DNA of 57,973 bases, counting the filler, from Sphacelaria rigidula (Eukaryota): assembly GCA_964200075.2 (NCBI GenBank). It is 7 parts of 7 records of this genome, joined end to end, with 100 filler letters (N's around TTAATTAATTAA, not from the genome) between each part and the next. Parts side by side here need not be neighbours in the genome. Positions count along the whole stretch, not along the records: positions 8,298 to 16,494 come from CAXNAA020011947.1; positions 16,595 to 24,791 come from CAXNAA020011948.1; positions 24,892 to 33,087 come from CAXNAA020011949.1; 4 more parts are not named here. One strand, 5' to 3'. Under the pieces are notes generated by a model, which was not told the origin of the DNA, searched no databases, and saw only the letters and a program-made list of their open reading frames with translations. A program made the position numbers and the translations under genes. Positions 14,698 to 26,586 of this stretch are shown piece by piece. Each line of letters starts with the position of its first letter. Positions within the stretch are counted from its first letter, which is position 1.

Positions 14698-14755
14698 TTG
14701 AACATGTACACTATTAATCGCTGCCGCCTTTTTCAACTGAAGTTCAACTTTTATT
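14698..14755 (-). CDS. Probable 58-nt exon 2 of the GIY-YIG gene ((E)IKVELQLKKAAAINSVHVQ)
   Basis: Pyrimidine-rich acceptor TTCCCCTCGACTTGTCTCGTCTTCAG, donor CAA|GTGACA; enters phase 2 and exits phase 0, bridging exon 1 to the next exon. No homology support. Confidence 0.45.
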
Positions 14756-15160
14756 CTGAAGACGAGACAAGTCGAGGGGAAAGTCCCGGGATTCACGACA
14801 CATTCGGAGTCCAACCTCAACCTCTCATTATTAGTCGGACATACGAGGAATCTAGGTACAAGTGCCAAGTTTCATCACACTTGCAGTTGACTGAGACACA
14901 TTTTGACGATCAAGCACGACAGGTCAACAAAGGGTATCTCAGCATAAGATATGCGGGTGCTGCGTATGTCGGCTATTGTCTTTCCGACATCCATAGTACA
15001 GCAAGACCGCACACCACAACAGTACCGAAGTCCCAACCTGAGATCCAGGTGCAGTTGACTGCAACTTTACAATACAAACTCAACGGCGGGTGGATTGGCC
15101 GTTGCTGCATGTTTGCAGGAGCAATGTTCATAATTCAACCAAGCCCACAATGACACTCAC

Positions 15161-15378
15161 TCTGCGCTGGTATCGAGGTCAGTGGACATACACACCGCCC
15201 CAGAATACCGTCGCCGCCTAGAACCCTCAAAACGCCGCCGCTCCGCTTGACACGACGCATCGCCCCTCACATGTTGTGATGGTCCTGCTGTGTGTTTGAT
15301 GCTGGTACTGTGTGTGGGCACGAACGCTTGGACACGTGCCGCGCAGCTAACCGCCGCCACTACGAGAGCTGCCTTCAT
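15161..15378 (-). CDS. Exon 1 of plastid-targeted GIY-YIG protein (bipartite signal + transit peptide)
   Basis: ATG at 15378; MKAALVVAAVSCAARVQA-FVP is a hydrophobic signal peptide followed by an ASAFAP-type A|F cleavage motif; S/R-rich transit region ending AVCMS; consensus donor GA|GTGAGT at 15160 (phase 2). Confidence 0.8.
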
Positions 15379-15759
15379 TGGATTCTATGTATTCTGTTCA
15401 AATTTTGACCCTTGCACAAGGAAGAGAACACTCCAGTCGACCAGCGGACGAAACGCCAGAGAGAGACCGGGCAGCTTTGCGTAACTGTGCTGTGCGACTC
15501 TCGTTGTATGGTAGTATGACAATAGCACATTGAAGACAAATGAATCATGACCTTCGTTAAAGTGTTCAAGAACGTGATTTGGTCTGTTCCTCGTCTGGTG
15601 CTGTCCGACGGATGATTTGATTGATTGATTGATTGTCGCACTTTAACTCACCCCCCAGGGGTCCAGCCTTGATCGCATGATGTTGATGCCTAGAAAAATG
15701 CATTTCAAAGCTTCTTGGATGAAAGTGCGCAGTTTTCGTGAGAGTGCTTCTAAGACATA

Positions 15760-16346
15760 CTTCCTCTGTGCCATAAGTAAAGGTCCTTATGGGGTACAAA
15801 TTATATCTCGCCAACCTAGTCACTCACGATACTACCGATAGGCTTGTTGAAAACCTATGGATTTGAGTATACCTCTAAAAAAAAAAGTTGAATTCGATCC
15901 GTAATTACTGAGAAATAGTGTGCCGAATATTGTGAATTTTGGCGGGTTTTCTGGGATATAGTTTGGAACTATTATGAGAATTGCCTTGGTTTTCGTGTGG
16001 GGGTTCACTAGTATACTATTTTTAGTATGGGGGGCGCGTCATGGGTCGTTGAGTAGAGGGGGGGGGCTAGGTTTGGGGTCAGGGATAATTCTTGGTTTTT
16101 TCCTCTTGTTTTCGTCAGTGCCCCGCCCTGGAGGGGGGCAAAATACCTGCAAAATACGGCCTTTTTCAGGCCGACTGGTTTTTCCTCGGCCGCTCATGCA
16201 CGCGGGGTGGTGCGTGCAACAACAAAAAAAAAACGGACCTTGACAAAAAAACTCCGAAGATTAAAAAAAAAATGGTCGCCGGCGGCATCGGACACCGCTA
16301 AAGGTCTGTGTACACATAAGGACCTTTACTTATGGCACAGAGGAAG
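15760..16346. mobile_element. Stowaway/Tc1-mariner-like MITE
   Basis: Perfect ~32-bp TIR CTTCCTCTGTGCCATAAGTAAAGGTCCTTATG flanked by TA on both sides. Confidence 0.9.
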
Positions 16347-17096
16347 TATATCACGGTGCACTACACAGTCCCGCTACAAAGCGAAAATACCTTGGACAAT
16401 ATGTGGAAAACATCACACCTGGGGAGCAATGCTACGGTAGGGGTGCACTTTTTTCGCGAAATTTTGTCTGGGTCAGAGGCTCCTAACGATTCTANNNNNN
16501 NNNNNNNNNNNNNNNNNNNNNNNNNNNNNNNNNNNNNNTTAATTAATTAANNNNNNNNNNNNNNNNNNNNNNNNNNNNNNNNNNNNNNNNNNNNAAATCA
16601 GGATATTTGCCATCATCCAACGCTTTTCACCGTTTTTCGCGGAGGCGTTTAAAAGACTATTAATATATATATATATAAATTCCCCCGGCGTAACACTGCT
16701 GTGTCCGTTTGCCACCACATCGGCCGCCCAGCCTCTTAAGATGTCGAAGTTGGTGGATCTTCGCGTGCATATATGCATTCACCTCTAGTGCACGAAGTCT
16801 GGACTGCGGGATAGCCGCTTCAAGGGCGCATCGACAGCATTCCTCGAAATTGCTTGTGGCCATGGTAGTGATTTGTGCTGAGGCCAATCTTGCAGACGCT
16901 TGGCGCATATGCTGCTTGTATTGTGTCCGACTCGTGCGCAAAGTTTCATCAGGGAGCGCGAAGTCGCAGGCGAGAAATCAACAACGAAAGTTGCTCCGAA
17001 AATTGGGAGTTCACCCTAGTAAAGTATCGAAATAAACATGAGATGCGGTTACGCCCTGGTTACCCCGCATACCGCATGCAGTTACGCAGTATTACG

Positions 17097-18364
17097 TAGA
17101 GCTCGGTATTGGGTATTGGGTCGAAAATATGTTGCCCCCAATATGCATAGGATATTTACATTTTCTAAGCTTGTTTTTTGGGCCCTAACTTGAAGATTTT
17201 TGGCCCATCTTATGCGAGAAGGTATCCCCCAAAACTACCCAATATATCCCCATATTCTCGCATAGATATTTCAGATATTATATATATATATATGTATTGC
17301 CCAAATATATCCAATATACCCAATATATGTGGGATTTAGACGCAGATATCACACGATATGTCTTCTTCGGTATCAGAATCAGCCTCATTACCTTGTCTCC
17401 AGACCCCAGATCCCTGGTGCGCAAGTAACAGTGGTGTCACCGCACCCGTTCACACAAGAAGCATTTGTGGTAGTTCGTACTTGCTAATGCAATCACATTT
17501 TGAGGTGTCAAGCGTTTTTCAGGTTGTGGTATGCGGTGTGCAATGCATGCTTCGATCTTGGCAGACTAAGGTACCACATTTTCCATGCGAATTTTATTTG
17601 GTTCTCTCATACTTACGCTGTGTTACTGGTTTCATGGTAGATTGCAGTAATGAAGCAGTGGTACTTGATAAAAGGTGTACACCCGCCTAGTATAGTTTAG
17701 CCCTTTGCGGTGTGGAGAGTGGAGATGACTGGATATATATGTGACAAGATGTTTGCAGCGTGTTGCCAGGTGGTGGGGGTTTAGACGGTAGTCGGGATGG
17801 CAACACGGAGACAATGGCAGGGTTGCAGGTAGACGCATGGATTTAAATCGTGGTTGACAGGCTCCTCGGTTACCGTGAGAAAGATGACTATTTGGCGCGG
17901 TAGGCGCCAATAAATACAACGACAGAAAAAAAATTAATAACAACACCAACTACCGTCACTTGAAGGCGTGTCCTGTTTCTACTCGTTTGCTCTGCTTGTT
18001 GGCGTTTGAGCGTTTGGGCGCGTCGTCCCTCTAGCGCTGTCGTGTGTGCCTCTATGCAGTATGCCTGGCACGTGCATAACTGTATGCAGCTCACTGATGA
18101 GACACGTAACTCGTGACTCGTTACACACACATCAATAACATAGGTATACCACACCCTAAGAGTAAATCTGTATAATCTGGACGAATCGTCCCTATATCCA
18201 CAGATATCTGGAGGGATATTGGGTGCGATCTCGGATACGCATAGGATAGTCCAATTATCCGGATATGATCTTTCTTATGCGAGATTGCAGATACATGCGA
18301 GAATTTTTCACCCAATATATCTATAACCTATTGGGGCCATTTTCAGACCCAATACCGAGCTCTA
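17097..18364. mobile_element. Non-autonomous hAT-type DNA transposon
   Basis: TIR TAGAGCTCGGTATTGGGT / ACCCAATACCGAGCTCTA; perfect 8-bp TSD GTATTACG (17089-17096, 18365-18372); CCCAATAT subterminal motifs. Confidence 0.92.
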
Positions 18365-18568
18365 GTATTACGGCACGAGTACTGACTGTGATAAAACAGT
18401 ACTAGTGGTAAGTCACGGCTGACATGCGTGGCAGTAGTGCTGTAGTTATCACCGGTACAGGTCTCGCACGCGTGGAGTTTTGGGGGAAATGACGAACAAC
18501 GACAGATGGCCCTGACATTCACCATAATTCATCAGCAGAATCAGATGAGGAGTTACAACCCCACGGCA

Positions 18569-18922
18569 ACACACGTGGCCATTTGGCTACCTCCAAAATT
18601 CCTCCAGGACGGTCAACTTTTCGAGCCTCCAGAGGAATTAAACGTCTCCGGTGGGGTGCGGGGCCCTCCGAGGAGATTTTTCGGATTCCTCCAGAGGGAT
18701 TAAACGCCTCCGGAGGCCTGTTTTTGCCTGTGGAGGGCCGTGCATCTTTCCGAAGGCATTTTGCTACCCCCAAATTCCTCCGGGGGGTTGCGCGGCCCTC
18801 CAGATCGGGAGTGTTTGGTTTCCTCCAGGGGGATTGACGGCCTCCAGAGGCTTCTTCTGCCTCTGGAGGACCGCGCATCCCTCCGGAGGCATTTTGGGGG
18901 GTACCCGAATGGCCGCGTGTGT
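18569..18922. mobile_element. MITE built of CCTCCxGAGG palindromic units
   Basis: Imperfect TIR ACACACGTGGCCATTTGGCTACCTCCAAAAT / ATTTTGGGGGGTACCCGAATGGCCGCGTGTGT; many internal CCTCC/GGAGG motifs. Confidence 0.75.
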
Positions 18923-19914
18923 AACCGTAAGCACTACGAAAGAAAAACGGAGGCCTGAGCGTATTGGCGCCAACCCGACAGCGCTACATTCATGGAGAAG
19001 TTATCCCGAAGAAAAAAGGACCAAACCAAGTAGAATGACGCACCGTCTCTCATCTAGCCCCCCACCGGAGGAGGTACAATGATATCTCCTCAGGGCGTGC
19101 CTTTGACCACTTACGTTGAGGTGACAAACTTATCAGGTCGGGGTTTTTTCCCCACCGCACGTTCGATAAGACACGCCAATAGATTAACATTACTTTTGAA
19201 AACCATTTGCCTCAACGTCGACCAGCTTTCAGTCTGATGGAGAAGAATTTTTGTCCAGATCAGGGTTGCACACCAATATCATTTCTGTCTGACATCGATT
19301 ATTATTGTGATCTTACAACGGTACCGTCGTAGTACAGTATGTCTGTAGTATTATTGGAATCTTACAACGGTACCGTTGTAATATGTATGTAGAATGTACT
19401 CCTTCAGAGTGGACGCTGTACCGCTTACTTCCGTACGTACGTATCAGTAACGCCGTTAGGAACTCCAATTTTACTTTGAAGACAAAGGGACGTCAATATA
19501 TATATATATATAAAGGGTTGATTAAGTTGTATTTGCGGGAATAAAAAGAGGCGTTTCCGTGGTGTAACGCTATCGTTTTGCCTGCGGCATCCGCGAGCAT
19601 ATATATGGTGGACCAACTCAAGTCGACGATACACAGCTACAGTGGATCCACACAGCATTGTCCACACATGACAGTAGCAGCACACAACAGACCGCCACAC
19701 AGCACAGCAGTAAAGCAGTACGTTCGGGGTTACACGCAACTCTACACGATGAGTGGCGCGGTCCCGCATCGGGGTGTTCTTCCTCACTTGACAACAGTCA
19801 ATAAAAATGATTTCGTGATATTGAGGGTAAAGCGTTGATTGAGAGTGGGTTTTACATTCGCTCTGAAAACTTGTCCAATTTTTCATGTCGTGTGTGCTTT
19901 TCTTTGCCTCTAGC

Positions 19915-20065
19915 GCTGGCGTGTGCTTACAGCTACACGGCGATATCTTACCCAGGGATATCAAGGGCTTCAGTGGCAGGCTACTACAGAAAGCGTATCG
20001 GGCCTTGTAAAGGGACGTTTCGGAACTGAAGCTACTCATTAATTAATTGACCGCTTCTCGCTCTC
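19915..20065 (+). repeat. Dispersed repeat
   Basis: GTGCTTACAGCTA..CAGGGATATCAAGGGC..TTTCGGAACTGAA..TAATTGACCGCTT shared with 31695-31835. Confidence 0.75.
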
Positions 20066-20708
20066 GATTGTATCCCCTTTTGAAAAGGGGATTTCCGGAC
20101 ACCTCGAAGGGGAGCATGCATGTCCAGTTGACAGGGGCACATGCTAAGGCTTACCACAAAACCCAGCACGGTCAGAGTTAAACCTGAGGAACTCGGTGCC
20201 CCCGCAAACCAAAATCACACACCTCGAGCCGTACTGCGTAGCTGTTTTTCAGCTGAGCACGTTGTGCGTAATCTTGCTCAAATCTGTTGAGAATTCGTTG
20301 AGAAATGATGGTTTGTGTGAGACGCGCGCGCGGCACAAGCTCACAAACGGTCAGCAACGACACCTTTTCAGTCGTGTCTGACACGCACGCGGCCGCCATT
20401 CGTCTGATATAAAACGGATTCCAGTCGAATGAAGACTGCCGTGTGTAGATTAGCGAGGGCCAGCGGTGGAAATACTGCGCGCCAGTGGTGGATGTGTGTG
20501 CGTGTTTTTTCGGGGCTGGGTGTGTAGGTGCTGTGTTGCCTTCTTGCGTCTTGCCTGTAGCATTTCAGAGACCTTGGATGGACTAACGACCACTTCCAGA
20601 CCCGCCGCATTTCTGAGAAAGTCGAATGTGTGGACGCCATGGTTGGAATTGATGCGTGGACTCCCTTGCGCACAGTGTGCCGCATCAAGTACAGTGTAGC
20701 AAGCGATG

Positions 20709-21185
20709 GCCTAGGACAGGTACTTTCTCGGCCAACTGGTGGCCCAGATAAGGTACGATTTTAAAATAATTCCTGGATCAGGTAAACCTGGCGAATATTT
20801 GACCCAGAAAGGGGAAGTGGTTTCTCAAGGCAAGACGTCCTTTTGTGCATGGCCGTACATCGCGAGCAACATGTTTTTCCTGTTTTTTTATCGAAGCCGG
20901 GGTGCCAAGCCCCCCCCCCCCCCCCCCCCCCCCCCCCCCACCCGTGACAGAGGGGCGGAAGAGCGCGCGGAGCTGGTGAGGGGCTTGGTTTNNNNNNNNN
21001 NTTGCTCTCCTTGTTCGTTTTTGTCGAGGGGTGGCCAGGCCCCACCCCCCCCCCCCCCGGATAGATATGCGTGGAAAATTCGGGACGAAAACGGTCTAGA
21101 TTGTGTGTTTTGCTGTTTTTGCATTCCTGTTCGGTTTTCGTACCTTTCTTGAGCAAAAAACGAGAAGGTATACCTTTTCTAGGCA
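20709..21185. mobile_element. Probable MITE (GCCTAG...CTAGGC termini)
   Basis: Right end is repeated in reverse at 32998-33060 (GCCTAGAAAAGGTATACCTTCTCG). Confidence 0.55.
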
Positions 21186-24100
21186 GTTTCCCTTTTTCTT
21201 CTGCCGACGAAAGGACTGGCTATTGGATGTGTGGTGGTAACATGATGCCAATATTTCCAGCGATTGGGATTCGTCGAACTAAGGCACACGAAGAGCACGT
21301 GCTGGGAGCTTACTCTCTGCCGTTGCTCCTCCGGTGTCATCTTCATCGCCACACGTGTACATGGCATTAATCGGGTGCACCTAGTCACACGTGCGTAGCT
21401 TCCAACATGAACAAACTCTCCGAAAGTGCTTTCGCTTTTCAAACCAATTGGGCAAAAAATCTCAAATTTGAAGGCGGTTGGAACATTATTTTCGCGTTCG
21501 ACATCATTTTCGAGGAGGCTCTCTTGTATGACGTTTTTGGCATGAACTCTGCATCGGTCATGCTCGAACTCTGCATCGGTCATGCTCATCCCGATCGAGC
21601 TGAGTGACACCTGTGAGGAGATTCATTCACCCTGCACATGCCGGGGAAACCTCCCTGACATTTTCTATGTCGTGCGTGATGGCGGAGCTCGGTGTTTAAT
21701 CGACCATCTTTTCTAGCGGTAAGCCAACCACTTCCGAAGGGAAATAATAGGGCGTCTGTCCAGGAGGTAGAACGAGATGGTTCCAAAAGCGTTGAAGTTA
21801 CAGTGGTTTAGCACGGCGGTGACTGCAACAATAAAATGTTTCTTAATCGAAGACATGGAACAATGAAATACATGAATTGTTTGTAGAGAAAAAGATTCAT
21901 TCAGTTCAAATATATTGTGCTGCTACCCATCTTTGCAATTTTGGCGCACAAATCCAGGTTTCATAGTTGAGACGCTGAGTCCAGAGACAGTGGAAGAACT
22001 ACTGGCACACCACCTGGAGCAGGAAGGGGTACAGAGTGGGCAGGGTGTTTCTGACGGTGGCTCTGACAATGACGAAGCTGAGCAGCAGCAAGAGCAAGTC
22101 AACATGATACAGGTACTGTACCGGTACTAAGATGCTGTTTTCCCCATCTTGGTAACCGCGGACTGGGTTGGGTGCAACCGGCTAAAATTCAGGCGGGCTA
22201 TCTCTTTTCGATAAGATGTGTCCTATATATCAGGCAATGATCCCGACTCCATGCGCCGGTACAGAACGGCACGATTATACTATACAGTAACAAGGAAAAA
22301 AAATAATTTTGTTAGCTATTAATGTCAACATTTCTCGTTCCATTCCTTACGTTTTCCTTCGCGTTAATTCTGGTCAATATACCATAAAGGGTACAACCTC
22401 ATGTGTTTGGAACAAAAAAGGGTGTACGATCATGCTTTTGGAACAAAAAGGGGGGCACCCTCGTGCTTTTGGAACAAAAAAGGGTAATGCATCTTTCGGT
22501 TCCGGGGTCGCTTTCCACTGTTGGGCATTTTGTGAAAAAAAATCCCAGATCCCTCCGAGAGTTGAACCCACGACCCATCCGCCAGAACGTTTCGAGGTTA
22601 CCAACTGAGCCACCGGAGCGACCGGTTTAGGGGGCCTGTTGTCATGCGCAGGCGAAGTGGTGTCGAAGACTCGCAACTTGCTGCTGAGCCCCGAGCACGT
22701 TAAACCGTTGGTTTTCTTGCGTAGCACGCGGCCAGTTGAAGAGGAATGTTGGGTATCAATTGAGACGGAGAGCGCTTCGAAGGCATCCAACGAAAATGTT
22801 CGCGTCAATGACGCGTGAAGCAGGGGTACACAGCTTCACGCTCCGTCTTACGTATTTCGGTCCATTTGCACAGCATAGGTCTGGTGTTCTGGAGAAGTAT
22901 GATAGCACATGAAGAGCGTGTTGACACTGGGCTATGTAGTCACAAGCTGACTACTTCAGGTGTTCACTGCTTGCTTTTTTTCGTCTGCTCCGTTGGTACC
23001 TCGTGATTCTGAATTTTTCCGTACTTCGATCATAGCGTGTTGGTCGACGGCTCGTCCGTCGAACGGGGAAAACAACGAAAGAAGGAATTGTGGCTTACAC
23101 ACGGTGGAACGCTTGATGCGGGAGTGTCGAGCGCCAAACCCCAATTGCCAATTGCTACTTGCATGGTGAAGAGCGTTCAGAACATGATGCAGCACATGCT
23201 CACCACACCTCAAAGTGATATATACTAGTCAAGCTTTGAACAAAATGTTTTCGGTTGAAGACGATTTTTTGTGGTTTTTCGGTTACCACGACCCATCACG
23301 GTTTTTCTATTTCCAGGATTCTCACTTCGTTAGAGCGGAAAAATCGTGTTTTGGGGTCACATGCTGTCATAAACAAGCCCTCGATGAACGGGGTTTCACT
23401 CAGTACCAGTACGACAACGCAAAATACGTAAACGTGTCCTGAGGACGACCCGCGTCTTTTCCCAACGCCTATCAAACTCTCAAACTCTGGGGTTAAGTTG
23501 ACAAATTGTCGTGGAAAAATTCCAATCGAGTGAGTACCATATTTAACGTTTGACTACTGTAGCGGATACATGCGTTTGTTGTTACATTGCACGACATCCG
23601 AAAACCGAAATAACGAACGGAAACCCGCGAACACACAAAACAAAATATACTACGGCTTGCTATTCAACCATGTGCGTGTTTGTTGGTCCGGGCGTGGAAA
23701 TGTTTCCGCTCTTATTCCCATGTGCTGCCTGTCTTGGCTTCCTCGCTCCCGTCTTCCGTTCCTCATGGAGAGCCCCTGCTACTGCATGCTACAGGTGAGG
23801 TGAATGATTTCAATTCGTCAACTCCAAAATACTTCTTTCCCCTGACCTAAAGTCACGACCAGTTACTTTCATTTGGACGCCTCATGCCCCCCGCGACCTC
23901 CCCGAAATTATTTTTGGGGGTTTCCTGCATTTTGTTTCCCCGAAGGCTACGTGCAAAAACTCCTTTTTGCCTCCATTTCGAGGTGAAAAAAAGGACGGCG
24001 TTTAGCTTGAAAATGGTGCTTTCGTACATACCCTTGGGGGAACGGAAGAGGGACATGAGATCGTTCTTATGAAAACCAAAATAATCTGATAATTCCCATG

Positions 24101-26279
24101 GCTGATCTACTTCTACGAGCGTCAGCAAGATGAAGTCTGTGGAAAGATTGATTTCCCAAAAAAGGATTTGCTAAACGGTTGGACTACTACGGAGGAATAT
24201 AGTAACAGTAAATAAGTAGTGAAAAAATGTGAAGTGTACTCGCTCGCTGTACAGGAATTTAAATTCCCCAGCTTTTAGACCCGAACTACAGTAATAGTAT
24301 ATATTCACCGAACAAAGCAATGGCACTCGAAAGAACATCCCGTGGCAATGAAGTTTTGTAGATAGTCGTGCGTTCATCCCCACGACTTGAGTTTTGCTTT
24401 ACCCCTTGGACATTCGTCAAGTTAGCCAACCGTTTTGCCTACCGACCACTACATTTGTGTGTGATCATTTTGCGCCATCACACGTTGGCTGGGATTTAGA
24501 TATCCGGCGCGAAGGTGACCTTAAAATGTACAAAAAATTGTAAAATAATAAATCAATTCATTAATTCATTGAGGATGGATGGTTGGATGGTTGGTTGGAT
24601 GGGTTTTATTTTTTAGACAAGGGAAGGCCAATATTGTAGCAGTCCGGGGTTCGGAACGGGATAGAAAAGCTGGAAATATGGTTATTTGCGGAATAGCTCC
24701 GCCATTGCCCCCCCCCCCCCCTAAGTGTCTGCCTCCATTATTTTTCTGCAAACCGGTGAAGCATTTACTGCCGCCCCCCCGTTTTTTAGATNNNNNNNNN
24801 NNNNNNNNNNNNNNNNNNNNNNNNNNNNNNNNNNNTTAATTAATTAANNNNNNNNNNNNNNNNNNNNNNNNNNNNNNNNNNNNNNNNNNNNCCATCAGAA
24901 GGTTACGAGTTTACCAACTGAGCCACGGGGGCGACCAGTCTTGAAGTCATACTGCACGCTGTTCCCACTTTTGTACGAGTATTGTGCACGTCGCAGAAGG
25001 CAATAGCTTCTATACTGTGTACAGTACATGTTTTTTTTTAATTGTATACTGACTGTAGAAAGCTCTTGTCTAGGGTGCAATACATTTCCATACATATCAG
25101 GCAGTGAGATCGTGAAATAATCACATAATGCGCAGTACATGGCCGAAGTGGAAGTGAGGCAATCACCGAAATATTCGCGTGCAAAGCCTGTGCGGCCGTA
25201 CTCCGAGTTGTTAACGCTAGAATAACACCAGTGCAACGGCCATTCCGGCTGCCGGCCTGTGCACGGCCGTCCCGGTAGTGTTGGGACTGTCTGTACCTGG
25301 ATGTCGCCCCCAGTGCCAGGTACGCCGGCAAGGGTCCGCAGCACTACCCACTGGTCGCGCGACAGGAGCTCAATCTTCGACTGGCGAAATGTTTGAAGCG
25401 GAAATGTTCAGCTCCCAACCCTCACATATATAGCAGACCATAAACGGTGCTTATTTGCTGGGCTTCTTCGAGCGTTCGTCCATGACTCGACGAAAATTGA
25501 TGATGAGGCAGGCAGGATCCGTCGCAGCCTGCGTGATCAACTATCACTGTACCCACTCTATCTAGCCGTCATCAGACAGCAGGGTGTTGAAAAAACAAGA
25601 TGCCACGCACCGTGGGTATCCACCGTATCAATGCACACTGGGCCATCAGCGACTTTCCCTGCTGCAGCTGTAAATGTGACCCCTTCCTCTAGTACCAATC
25701 TACACATTCTCCAGTGTTCTTCACGATGCTTTTTTTGTCCATTGTTACGTTCGCATAATCGGTGCACATATTACGCAGATATGACCGTGTTAGAGGCTTC
25801 ACGTCAAAACTAATTGATAAGGGATCTCAGATCATTCGACTTGTGTTTGCTGCTGACTAAGTCAAGGCAATGTCCGGCTGTTTTCAACTGCTTTGTTCTC
25901 ATGTTATCGTGACATTCGCTGCATAACCACTGTCTTCGTGTTCCCAAATCATCGAGAAGACAAAGAAAATCACGGTGAAAAAATACCCCGCCGTGAGCGG
26001 GCTTTTGTGGCTCTTGTTTGAAGTTTTCGACGATCTTGGAAAGGCTTTTGTGGTTCGGGATCGACACCCCGCGAAAAAGAGCCAGTGTGGGCGACTTTCG
26101 ATGGCAAGAGCATGCGCCACAGGAATCAGATGACACCCAAACCTGTTCTGTAATGTACCGCTGACCCTCCTTCGTGCACCGCAAAAGAAAGCGCGGGCTA
26201 AAATGCCATGCAGCCAGAGAACACTCGGCAAAAGAGGTGAAAAATGCGAAATGATACATGTACATATATATATATATAT

Positions 26280-26586
26280 GTTGTCGCACTTCGAACCCCT
26301 CGCCTTCCTCGGTACGAGTCCGTGGTGTCAGGGATCAAGCCATCTCTCCCCGGTACGCACCTTGCATTTTGGTCTCGCGGACTGGATGATGACCATCAGC
26401 ACTCCCGCACCGCGTAAACTCACGTCAGACAAACTCAGTCGACTACTTTGTGTACTCACGTCCTCACGCTTTCCACGGTGGAAACCACACACTACGAAGA
26501 AAAAACCCAACACATCGGGTTTCGAACCCTCGTTCTCTCCACCTTGATGGTGACAGTCGGACCATTACACCACGGCGGCGCGGCGG
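26280..26586 (-). mobile_element. tRNA-derived SINE family 1
   Basis: Head with A box TGGTGTAATGG and B box GGTTCGAAACC, unique body, 3' AAGTGCGACAA plus (TA)n; copies at ~7040-7350, 49511-49678 and 56648-56944, all minus strand. Confidence 0.85.
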
